Source: Amoebophrya sp. A120
Lineage: Eukaryota; Protista; Dinoflagellata
Assembly (NCBI GenBank): GCA_905178155.1
Contig: CAJINV010000001.1
Coordinates: forward strand, 7,323,794-7,387,793
Direction: 5' to 3'
Length of the DNA: 64,000 bases
How positions within the stretch are numbered: position 1 is the first letter of the stretch; the number at the start of each line of letters is the position of its first letter. Of this stretch, positions 38,537 through 50,447 are shown one piece after another. Made by a program: the position numbers and the translations under genes. The notes under the pieces are model-generated. The model had not been told where the DNA came from, ran no database searches, and saw nothing but the letters and a program-made list of their open reading frames with translations.

Positions 38537-40945
38537 TTACCCATTTGTCAAGCGACCGAGCGTAGTTTGCTTCTCATGCAGCAACATGTGCAAGCGATGG
38601 CTCTCGACGTCGTGCGCCCGCTCCGCAGCCTCTATTTCTTGCTGCAGGGCCTGAGCCTGCGAGCTCAGCATCTGCTCCCGAAAGCGCAAGAGCTCTAGTG
38701 CCGGATCGTCCGAGGGCAAGGCTTTCAGCTGTTTCTGCGTCTCCAGGACATGGGCTTTCTCGCGGATGTCTGCCACCAGGTTTTTGATTTTCTCCTGCAT
38801 CGACCCCAAAGCCACCTGTACGTCCTCCCGTTCTGCAGCTAGTTTCTGCTCCGTTTCCTCCAGTTCCGGCTTCAGCGCTTTTGTGATTTTCGTGCACAGT
38901 GTGGCATTCTCTCCGCGCAGCCGCAGCGTCTCGATTCGATCGATTACGGGCATCACGGAAATCTTCGCGTCCTTCTCGTTCGCCTTTCCGAGCGCCCCTG
39001 TGAGTTCGTTAACTAATCTTATGCAAGAATAAGAGTTATAACTCATCACCTTCACCTTCAACGGTTGCGCATATGAATATTTATGGCGGTTCTACAAGAA
39101 CACTCACTGCGAAAAGCAGAAATATTTCGGTCTTTGAAAAGCAGAAACGTCGAGGTGCCTATACCATTCTCTATGACGAGTCCCTTGTCGATCTGTTGAA
39201 TTCGTGTCTGCAGTTGGTTCACAAGTTGGTCCTGCTCCTGGGCTAATGTCTTCAGCCGCTCGCATTCGCTGTGACCACTTTTGTACTCCGCCCGGACGCG
39301 CTGCCGCAGCTCCACGAGAATCTCTGCCAGCTGCGCGACTTGCGTCGGTGTCCGCAGGGAGTCTTCGCGAATCTTCTCGCACTTCTGGTGCACCGAGAAC
39401 AGCCGCACGAGATTCTCCCGGGCTTTCTGGTACCGGGCGTCGCAGCACTGCATCTTCAGGTACAGGTCGTGGGGGTTGTTCGAGCCGGCGAAGTATAGGT
39501 CCACGTCCACTTCGGTGAGATTATGCAATGCAAAAGCATCGCACTAGTATAAATTGCATTACAACTTAGCCCAGCATTACAAATTAAATTTGTAATGCTG
39601 ATTTACTTTGAAAAAGAGATTTGTAATGCAGAAATGCAATTACAACGAGTACGATACTTTTGCACAGGATAGAGATCGGGGAACACCAACTCCTGCAGCT
39701 GCCGCTCCGTCCGGTTGTTCTCGTCCAAGAGTTGCAGCTTTTCCTGCTCGAGACGCTGTTTCTCGTCCTTCATGGCGTCCAAGGCGATCCGCCCATCGTT
39801 CAGCTTTTCCAGGATCTTGGCAATTTCCTCCAACTTCGTCGCGTTGCGGTACTTCAGCTGCGCCGTCCAATCTTTCTCCCGCGGCGTCTTCCGGATCCGC
39901 CGCAACTCGCCGATCTGTTGTCCAGGTCATACGGTTGATGTTCTCCTTCCCGCAGGAGTTAGTACTTAAGTATGTTTGTTTGTCACGCTAGTCTGGAAAA
40001 GCAAAAAATAAGCGAAGCAACTCCAGGAACGGTATTAGAACATGACAACCGCCCCCGTACTACCTGCATCGTAAACGGGTACGCCCCTTTTGCGAGCTCC
40101 TCGTTTTGCCCAACATCATCCGAATGCACTGACGGAAATCCGATACTGCTGAACCGGTTTCGCACAACTGCGCCATCGCGGTCACCACTCCCAGGGCGGT
40201 CTGACGGGACCGCGGTGAGAAAAGTGGCGGTTTCATCGGCATCCAAATCAAACCGTCGGGCTTGGAGCGCTTTGACCAAAATGTTGTGTCGCCCCTCCAC
40301 GAAGTAAGACACCACGTGCGGCGTGTGCACAGGCTCGATTTTCACCGTCAGGGAGAGCACCGGCAAGTCGGAGGACGTCGTGAACGTCTTCCGAAATATG
40401 CAGGGAGTTTCTGCTACGTCGCCCGATGATGTACTAGTACTTGCATATGCACTCGCATTGTATCTCCAGGAGAAACAGAGCACGCGGTCGTCCGCTTGCT
40501 CCGCAAATTGTCGGTAGACGTCCATCCATCTGCTGTGGTTGAGGTGCAGCCGTTCCTGTGCCTGCTGCGACGAAGCCGGACTGGCGCTAATATCCTCGAC
40601 AAGAAGCTCCTGCGGAATAAGCCACAGCTGGAACTGCGTCTCCGGCTCCGCGAAGTAGTTCTCTGTAGCAGTGGCATCTGCGTTTTTCTCCTCGGGAATT
40701 CGTGCGACCCGCTCGAAAAAGATGCGGTCCGGCCGGAATTTCGGTAGCAGGGTTGGTCTGCGGAAGTGCAACCGGTCCACCTTGCGGGGGGACTCCGCTT
40801 CCTCATCCTGCTGGGTGCAGACGAACAGCTCGCGCCGGTCATTGTCATTCGGGTCCTGGGTTCCGCCCCGGTCGAGAACGAGCAATAGTGTAAAGAATTC
40901 CGGTCGCCGAAGCCGCAGCTGCTCAATCTCAAATGCGCACAACAT
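38537..40945 (-). CDS. Hypothetical protein with C-terminal coiled coil (4 exons, one introner); start uncertain
   Basis: ORFs join as FTMQ|IGELRR, FPDL|TEVD (introner) and IEN|GALGK. Confidence 0.65.
39522..39671. mobile_element. Introner element, family D (150 bp)
   Basis: Imperfect TIRs TATGCAATGCAAAAGCATCGCACT / TATCCTGTGCAAAAGTATCGTACT; DR GAGAT at 39517-39521 and 39672-39676; internal 14-bp palindrome 39572-39600. Confidence 0.85.
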
Positions 40946-41289
40946 CGATCATCTTGCGAAGCAGTGAGTCAAGTCGGCAAATCGTGATTGCTGAAAATCA
41001 TGAAAATATTTCCACTCAGGGACAACTAATTCGTGCTAGCGGTATCTTTAAAGGTGCCTGGGCCAAGCGATATTCGGCTCTGCGAAGGACTGCAACATTT
41101 GCGTTCTCTCTTCCCTCCGCTGATTATTAGACTTCACTCAATCTCAATCTCAAATCATCTCCTTCACAAAAATGGTGCAATCGACACTGCGATCACATCG
41201 ATCGCCGAAATGCAGTGGCTTGCTGCTGAACAGAATTCGTCAAAGCTTCGACCATGATCATTTCCAAAACCTTCGCCCGCTCTGTGTCG

Positions 41290-42130
41290 CAACACCACTG
41301 CCCGTATCTCAGGGCCCGAACCCACGAAGGCCACGGGGGCGTTGGCTGCGAAGGAACCGGCAACCACCTGGCATGCCCGGCGCCTGGCTAAAGGTCGCGC
41401 GCACATCGCTCAGAAGCCGAATGCAGGCGCTGCGCGGAAGTGGCCCGCCCATCCACCACCGGCTTCGGGCCGGGGCCGGGGCCCGAAGAAACCTACTTCC
41501 CACCCAACGCGGGCCCCACTTGCAGCCCGGCGGAGGGCCAAAGGCACTGCGAGCGACTTGGGCGCCCTTGGCGATCAGCCTGATAGGCCGCGGCCGCGCG
41601 CCCCCCGCCAGCTAAGCCGTGCCGCCGGGGGCTTCAGGTGCAGCCATACTCTGGAAGCATTCTGGCGCAGCCGCCCCCCGCGCTTCAGCGGGGGAGGGGA
41701 AAGCACGCGCAACCTTGGGCCCCGGGGAGAGCTTGAATACCATTCCGCCGCATCGATTGACCCCGTGCATCCGTTGTCTCGGCGTCGTGGTCTTCGGGCG
41801 TATGGGGCCCGATACCGCCAGACCCCACAGGCCCCAAAGCGCCACGCCCTGCCGCTTCATTTGTTCGCCCGGCCAGAATCGCGGCGCGGGGCCATGGCAA
41901 TGAGCCGCGAGTCGTCCAGCGGAGCGTGCGCAGTCCCCGCCCTTGAAACCACAAAACCGCGCGGCCGTCTGCCGCACCTGCGGCCACAAGGTGTCGGGGG
42001 ACCGTCCTGGCCTGGGCATCGACAACCAGCGGCGTTCGAGCTCCGGGATGCCCGGAATAAGGAAGGCGCCGCGGAGGGCCGGCCTGGCGCGCCAGGCGGT
42101 TTTTCGGCATGCGCACCAAATGGCCTAGGA
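41290..42130 (+). mobile_element. GC-rich decayed element, possibly Merlin/ISXO2-like transposase relic (boundaries approximate)
   Basis: 73-78% GC in hand-counted lines. Plus-strand SGRGRGPKKP ... AKGTASD ... GGFRCSHTLEAFWR resembles ISXO2 GRGRG..K / pGt.i.sD / GvhTntiEgfW. Confidence 0.35.
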
Positions 42131-42813
42131 ATGAAGTCTGCATGTAGCGAGTGGAAATCTCGACGGTGTCTAATCGTAGTCGTCTCCAATGCAAATGACT
42201 CAGGTCACTAGAAGTGGTGGATGGGTCAGGCACTAGAAGTGGCGCCGCCGTCGCCTCAACATTGTTGGATCTTCCGGACACCTACCGCGAACACTCATTT
42301 CTTTTCTCGTGGTCGTGGTGCCTTCGATCCGAGAAAATCACGCGTCAAGAAAGCATACGTGGCGATGCGGCAATGCTTTTCATTTAAAAAAAATCCAAGT
42401 CGCGGAAATTCTTGTACATTGTGTCCGAAGCAGACCTCGTGAGCTTTTGCGTCGAGGACATTTTGCAGCTCAAAGCTCCATGATGTAAATTCATACGCCG
42501 ACTCAATCTACGTTTACACACAGCTCAACTTCGACAGACTCAATACTGCTCGTTTGGGTATAAGAAATTCGTAGCCCGAAACAAAAAGATAAAATCAAGA
42601 ATGAAGTTCGGCTATCAAGTGCTAGCGAAACTAGTCGAGAAACAAATCTAAGCCTGGTAACTGGCCCTCCGCCGACTTCTATGACTGATGTATGTGGTAT
42701 ATGTTCAGAAAAACGCAAAATCAAAAAGCAGCAATCCTGGATTGGAGCTCCATGGATACATTCGAAAAAATCAAAGGATAGCTCAAAAAACGTCAGACGC
42801 TCAGCCGCCCCAT

Positions 42814-45800
42814 TTACCGGTACCCGCTGCCGCTCCGGCGTTGCAGCTTTTGGTACAATTTGTTAACGAACGCCGGGTAGCTCTCGTAGTCGCAGGTTTC
42901 GTCCTCGACCAAGAAGTGCGTCTTCAAGCCCAGGTGGTCTTTTGCCAGTACAGTCTGACGGTCTCGAACGAACAAAATCTCTGCAGAGTAGAAGTTCATT
43001 TCGCGCCGCACGTCTTTCAAAAACGCCGTCACCACGCGAGCGAGCTCCCGGCACCGCCGCAGTTCCTCCGGCGTTAACCGTATTATCGGCGTCTGGTCTT
43101 CTAATGTGGCTTCCGCGATTTCATCTCCCTCGTCCTCATCGAGTGCTTCTGCGAGATCATTCAGGTCCGTATCAATTTCTAAGTCGCTCTTCGCTTTCCT
43201 CCAACGATGGTCCGGTCGAGCGCGTTTGACGTTCCTCTCCGCTTCATGCTGGCAACTCGAGTGAAACACACCAGAGTGGTTCGGGGTGCCGACACCAACC
43301 CGAGTGGGTGCGCCGTTCACGCGGCGAGCACGCAAATCATCGCCGGTCAGGATTTCCAAAAACTTTTTCTTCGCTCGGGTCGGACTTGGTGACTTGTTAC
43401 TAGCGCTTTTCTTCTTGCTTGTCGGCGATTTGCCTGGAGAAGGGGCCGGCTTTTTCGCGGGCGGTGACTTCAAAGCGGGTTTGTCCGGTGCTTTCGGGGT
43501 TTGCGCAGCTTTCTTCTTGGCCCACGGAAACTGCGACTCGATGGGACTTCCCTGATCCGGATCTTTGTGGCCGAATTTCGAATGCACAAACCTCCCGTCT
43601 CCCCCGTGCGCGGACCCAAAATCGGTCGTGTGAGACTCCGTCCATGCGCGGTCATTAGATGATGTTTGTTCATCAACATCCGGAGAGTGCGCATGTTGCT
43701 GTTGCTGCGCTGTGGTGAAGTTCTTGCTCTTCATGGTGATTCCGCTTTGCTCAGCCCGGTCAATATTATCCGCATCTCCTTTCGACGAGCCACACTTGTC
43801 ATGTGCCGCAGCCTTCTCCAGACATGTTTCGACGGATTTCCGGAATCGCAAGAACCGCCTCAAAATTTCTTCCATGGAACTCAACGCCGGCGGCTCGGGT
43901 TGCCCCGCTGAAAATCCCTCATCCTCCGTTTCCGTCAGGTTGCTCCACAACTCTTCCTCTGAGGCGGAGGTAGTGTCAGGGAATCCCTGCAGCGAAAGGC
44001 CGGAGGAACTGCTTTCCATATCCCAGTCCGGGGGCACCATGTAAGGGGATTGACAAGCAAGGGTGCTTTTATTGTAAGGGTCCGCTGCAGGAGCACCCTC
44101 TCCCACTTTGCCGTGTTCTCCAGTTGTGCCCTTCGTTGTTTTCATAGGTGAGGACATTGGATGTTGAAGAGAAACTGCTGTTGACGCACGAGAATTATTT
44201 CGGTCGTTCTTCAGGTTTCGCACCTCCCGCTCGGCGAGTTCCCTCGCCCGGGCCACTTTCTGCCACTCCCACAGGTGGTTGCTTGGGGCCGCGAAATAGG
44301 CCTCGTTGATCAAGAGCATCATGCGCTGGCCGTCGAAAAACACCACCAGCGGGTCGTTTTTGCCTTGCACCACATCCCGCCAATTCAATGACACCGGCCC
44401 GGAGTGCGGTCCCAGGCAGCGCGGGTACACGAAGTAGGTCATCTGTGCCAGCGACATCCTCCGCCGCGGGACCAAACTATCCAGTGCGTGAAACCGCTTC
44501 TTTGCCGACAAAACCAGCAGGGGCACGTTCCGCAGGTTGCTCGGAAGGTACACGTGTCGGGGGCGAAATCGAAGGTGGCCCTCGGTCAGGGCGAAGTACG
44601 TGTGGGACCACTCCGTTAGACACCACTCGAGTTCGTCTTTAGCTACCTTACCGAGCCGGTACTTTGCGAGGAACAGCGCGGCTGCGTTCCACCTGCGCTC
44701 GCGCACCAGCTCCGTGTAATACCGCAGGAGCTTTTGCATCCCGCGTGATTTTTTCTTTCCTGCTGTTTGTCTCGCTGACGCAGTTGCTCCGAACAGCTTC
44801 TTTGCGAGCTCTTGGGCGAGATCTGGCTTAGGCGGTTCTTTCGTGCCAGAAGAAAACGCTGATGCTCCTTGCTTTTGCCTTTGTTTCTGTTGCGCTGTAA
44901 GTGCACTAGAGTGCGATGCCCGCTGGTGGAGATTTTTCACTCTTGAGTTTTTGCTTCTGTCTTGGTCTTTCAAAGAGTTTCTCCTGTCGCCTTCTGCGCG
45001 TTCCTTGTCCAGCCGTAAGAGCTTCACCATCACCACCATCAACGGCCACAGGTTTACCTGCTCGTACAAATTCCGCAGGCCGTGCCCGACGGGAATCACC
45101 TGTAAGGTTCGGACATATGTGATCAGAAAGTGGAAATCGCTGTTGGATGTTCGCGGAATCAAGAAAATGATATCAAGTTGAACATTAATTGCCAGCATTG
45201 AACAAGCACTTTACCGAGTGGCAGATCCGAAGTCTCCTTTTCCCTGTGTGGTTTTCACGATACAGTAGTACGCACTGCATATTCAGATTCTTGTTCGCCT
45301 TGTAGCTCGCATTTTTGGCGCCGTTCTGGCCCCTATCCTTCAGATGCCCGGCCGAAATCACCACTTCGCCACCATTGAGGTACTGCCTCTCATACGTTTT
45401 CAAGACCGCGGATCTGGAATAAATGCAAGGAGAAACAAAACTAATTGATTGCATGGCCATTCACAACGTCAAAAGGAAAATTGAAATCACATGATCCATC
45501 GGGCGCAAACAAACTAACTATGGACACATCAAACGCAATTTGCTACTCTGTAGTCCCCGCTGCACTGCCCGACCCCAGCGGCCCGTTCTTGGCGACCGAC
45601 GGAGACGTTGAGACTCGCGCGACATGCAAGAAAAGAACCAACTGCGTAAGTGTAGATTTGTGTTGCAGAGGATGCAAGATGCCTACACTTGTCATGCTGG
45701 ACATGCATCAGAGGTTCTTCTCGTAAGTGTTTTCACGTACTAGCTACGCATGAGAGGTTTTCTCTGCCATCCAGAGCAAATTTGTGATGCTGTTCTTCAA

Positions 45801-48800
45801 AGAAAGTTACACTTACACACTTTTTTTCTTGGATATGCGACCGGCTCGGTGCAGACACTCCTCACCGTCCTTCCCGTTGGAGCCATCCGGAAGCAGAATG
45901 TCGTCTTATCCTGAGGAAAAACGTACCCACGCCAGAGTTGTAATGCAGATTTGCAAAGACGGGAAGACTTGTAATGCGTATCCACATGAGAGCCATTTCC
46001 AGTCGTGTTTTGGAATTTGTGATGCTGTGAATAGGATGAGAAGATGAATCTGTGATGCGGCTGCACTTCCTAACCTGCACTACACTGCATAGTGCAACTT
46101 GTCACGCGTGACTCACAAAACTCCTAGGCTTGTGTTGCAAAATCCCCATCCTGACTCTGGTGTGGGTACGTTTTTACTCAGGATACGTCTGCGGTGCGAC
46201 TTTCGACTGATCGAAAAGCTCCACGCCAGGCTGCACGTCGTGCGCAATCGACTCCATGATCTCGTAATTGTTTCCGCACCGCATCCGTACGGTGCACCGG
46301 GACAACCCGTACCGCCACTCGTGAAAAAATTCCTGTAGTGTGTATTTCAACAACAGCGACACCTGCTGAATGCGACGGCAGAACCGCTCTCGGGAGGCAA
46401 ATTTTTCTTCTATTGCGCCACTGTCGCGCTTGTTTAGGCTTCGTCGTCGTCCCTTCCTCGTCTTATTTTCGAAAACCACTCGAGGGCAGGTATGATTCGC
46501 CACTCCGTCTTGCAATGTGAGCTGGTTGCGGGTAAGTGAGCTCAGTCCGAGACCAGTGCATTGCAGAGTATTCTGTCCTGTCCCAAATGTTGTCTCAGAT
46601 CCCGCAGAAGAACTGCTCGCTCTTCTCGCACCAACATTCCCCCCACTATTCCTCCCGACCACAGGATGGATTGTTTCTGGATCGTTTCCCTCAAGCCAGT
46701 TTGGATCCAACAGAATGGAATCTCGCGTGAAACTGTAGCGGTTGCCGTCACTGATGGTTGCATTCTGCAGCTGGTGCTGTTGTTCAAAGATGGACTCCTG
46801 TTCGTGGGTGCCATTGTTCGCAGCTTCACCAGCTTCGGTATTACGTCTTGCCTCATCTTCTGTCGAGCTCGAGTCTACTTGAAGTGACTCTGTGGCACTA
46901 AGACTGGAGGCAGAACTCTTTTCGTCTCCCGCACTGCTTGCGTGGTACGGCCGCGTTGGCGACTTCTCATTGTACAGAAAGTTCATGCTCCGGAAACGAA
47001 AACTCTTCTCTGGGGAAGTTAAGTCTAGCGTTTTGTCTTGCAGATAGACTACTTTATCTTCCCGTGCGCGCTCCTGTGACTTGGCTTCTTGGTCTTTAGT
47101 ATCTGCAGGCTTGCTACAACTTCCATCGCTCGTCGACCAGATCTGATTGTACTCTGGCTCGATGAAAAGCCGCCCGCCTGTCTCCTCGCACAGCTCTTTA
47201 ATGGTTTCTTCCAGACTACTTTTATCCTCGCTGCGATGGAAGTCCTCTCCGTCATCGCTTTTACCCCGCCCCAATGCCGACGTGGTGCTCAAATCGCACA
47301 CGTCTAGGGACACCGCGTTGGTACGGAAAGCAGATTGGAGCTCTGTTTCTATGGTGGAAAGAGGTTGCGCAAGTGCATCTAGGTCCAGCAACGTGTCCGC
47401 GAATTGCCGGTTCTTCAGCCACAAAACTGCACCACCGCCGGCCTCACCGACAATATCCGCCGCAGCATGTAGCACTGATAGCGATCGGATGGGGCCCTCG
47501 TGGGTCTGGAATGTTTCCATATTGTGATCGGCATTTCGTTTGTCCTGGAGAACATCATGATTCCCTGGTAGTACAGCTGCTCCTCTTTCACTATTCTTGC
47601 CGCCCTCAGGCTGATCTGGACACTGCTCCGCCAGGGGACAAGCTTTGTGGTTCGAGGCGGGTTCTTGCGGTAGCAAAGGTGGAACCAAGAAGGCTGAAGT
47701 CGTGCCCATCTCGCCCACAAGTTGTTGCGGCATGGGAAATTCTATCTTTTTGGCAGCAGACATCTTTAGTCCAAGTCCGCTTTTATTTACGTCGGCTACT
47801 TCTACCGGCAAAACTTCACTTTTTCTTTTCGCGGTAGGTGCCGGAGGGGGACACACGACGGGAGCTGCAGTGTTGTCATGACCAGCCTTCTCCGATTCTT
47901 GAAATAAAGTGTTGAAATTCACAATATCACCCCGCTGCTGTTCAGTAGAGTCTAGCGGCGTGGAACCGCCCCTGCTGCCTCGGTGACTGGTGGTTTGGTG
48001 GCTCGGCCGCCGCGAGCTGGGCGCGGATGTTGAACTACTGCCAGCCTTATCCTGATCCGCAAACAGCTTCACCAGTAGCGTGTCGTCGAGCAGCAGCGAG
48101 CGAAGCTGCTTTACCGAAAAGCAGAGCCGTTGCCGTACCTCCCCCGGACACGGGCAAAAGGCGTCCGTGTGAGGACAGACAGCAAGCCCAAACTCGTCGC
48201 GCTCGGACCGCTTCAGGAAATAGACGCTCTCACTGTCGTAGACGACCAGGACAATGCGAAGATTCTCGAACAACAGTGACTCGTCATCACCGCTGGAATT
48301 CTTGGACGGAAGCTCGTTTTTGACCACAGAATCTCTTCGCCCCGTTTGTGCAGTTCCATCTTCTGTGCTATTCGAGCAATTATGCAATGTTTTGTAGTTC
48401 CTGCTGCCGTCCACAACGCCGTTACGATCCTGTGTCTTATTTTCGTCACTTTCCGCACCAGGAAAGAGAACCCTGCTCGCATTCATCTCAGCCGCAGACC
48501 TGCTGCTTGAAGCGGACGAAGCAGAAGAGGCCGAGCAGGACAACAAATCCACTGTTTTCACAGGAGAAAAATTGGAACTCACTTCCAAGTCACTGGATGG
48601 AACCGTGGTGCTGCCTCCTTCGTTTTCCGAGGTCGTACTGAAGGAATTGTCCGAGAAAACGCTGCCGCGCCTTGGCTTGGTTGCTTCCCGTCCTTGCTTG
48701 GCGCAGTCGATCAGTTCTTGCGCCTGCTGTTCCTGTTGTACCAGTTGCAAGTGGTCGCGCTGCTCTTTACTTTCCACCATGTAGTCTGCTGGATTCAATG

Positions 48801-49611
48801 CCCAAGCTGTTGTTGTTCCCACGCCGTTTCCGCCTCGCTCGGCGTGCAACTGTTCCACCTCTTCCGTGGCGACGTACTGCAGGAGCCATTCCCCCACCGA
48901 GCCTAGCAGACTGCGGTCCACCACGAGGCACACCGGCGCCGGCTCGCAGTAGTTCGCGGAGTCTGCGCCGCCCACGCCGGTATCGGTATACTTCACCGGG
49001 TCGTCGTCGTGCAACTTGTCCACCTCGTAATCCACGCACTCGTAGGGCGGAAGAAGATCAACATCCTCGTCTTCCGCACTCTGGGCTTCAAAAATCATGC
49101 GGTACTTCAGATTGGGGTCACTCACGTGGAACCGCTCCGTGCAGAGGGCGCAGGTAATGTCGTACTCGCCGTCTCGGTTGTTGTCCGTCAGGTGCATCTC
49201 GAAAAACGACGTGACGAAACACTCACACGCCGGACACCGGAGCGGTGCGCGGGCGCCCATCGTGACGACAGGTGCAGTCCGGTGCTTCGCAGTAGTAGTA
49301 GACGGGTCTCCTTCAGCAGTTTGCTTGGAGCCATCTCTACTGGTCTTGGTAGAAGAGGAACTACTACTACTTCCGCCCGAGCTGAAATTCGTCTTACCCT
49401 GTTGCAGCAAGATGCTCCTCCGGTCCACCGGCTCAAAGTTGACCCAGAGCGGGACTGCGCAGTCGTTAGTCACGCTCGGCGCCACGCTCATGGAGGTGGT
49501 GATGACCGTGTCCCGAACACACATGGCGTTGTTGGTCGGCCGCGGCAACGCGTCCGGCTGCAACCGATACATCTGTACCGGCGGAGAGCTGTTTGTCACG
49601 CGCCGCGCCAT
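42814..49611 (-). CDS. Sec24-like (Sec23/Sec24 family) COPII coat protein, about 2000 aa with long low-complexity insertions
   Basis: Zn finger RCPACECFVTSF..CALC, trunk-like GGRLF, beta-sandwich MQCVLLY..GKRRLRI, LPSNLRNVPLL, YPRCL, C-terminal FLVED..SYPAFVNKL. Two introners and two GT-AG introns join the ORFs. Confidence 0.78.
45623..45835. mobile_element. Introner element, family C (213 bp, degenerate, opposite orientation to 8726-8939)
   Basis: Ends CATGCAAGAAAA..CGTAAGTGTA / TATCCAAGAAAA..TGTAAGTGTA; DR CGCGA / TGCGA; reverse complement aligns with the interior of 8726-8939; removal gives EPVA-RVSTSP. Confidence 0.8.
45907..46185. mobile_element. Introner element, family B (279 bp, opposite orientation to the other B copies)
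   Basis: TIR TATCCTGAG(G/T)AAAAACGTACCCAC(G/A)CCAGAGT; DR CGTCT; reverse complement colinear with 59437-59715. Confidence 0.93.
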
Positions 49612-50447
49612 AAAAACCTATTTTGTGGGGGAAAAATGAACAAAAACGGGATCGAATTCAGTGCAGTCGTATTGATGTTCCTGTTCGTGATGGAGTTCCC
49701 TCTCTCTCCCAGTGGTTTTGGGTTAGATCCACCATTTTCAAAAAAAGAAAGATCGTCGAGCCGTAGCCCCTACAAGAGGAAAAAATAGCTGCGATGAAAT
49801 CCGTGTAGTGCGAGGCCGTGATACACCGGGAAAAGTTACCGATAATTACCAACCGATTAGACTTGAGTTTGCTGACAACAACGACATCCAAAAAGCAAAC
49901 CCGAACCTACAACGGCAACGACCCAAATGCGAATCCCGACGAAGGTAAACGACATTGCAATTCCAAACGAAGTGCTTCTGCTACGAGTGTTTCCGACTCC
50001 TGGCAAAGTAGGATCACCATCAAATATTGTGACCGATACACACATTCACTTCGCGACCGCAAGCGAAAGTACCAATGGTGTTGCGATCGCCACGAAATAA
50101 GTCTACAAAAAGGTAATATCACACCCACGACGGTCCCTCGACCTGAAGGAAGCTCGAAATGAGCTTTGCAAAAGACCTAGCAGCACTGTTAGCAGGTCTG
50201 AACGTCGAACCGTTACTGTAACAGGTCCTGGGGACGAACTGCATTCTCAACCACGAATGGGAGTTACATCATGATTTGCAATGACTTGCATAAAGCATTC
50301 GAAGTCAAAAGAAAACCGTTTTCTGACTGGAGAAAAAAGTATGACTCAATTGATTTTCGGGCTAAGATCACTCCTGACACCAAGAAACAATGAAACCGGC
50401 GTTCACGTTCTGTTCCCACACTTCATTTTGTACAAAATTTATTCTGC

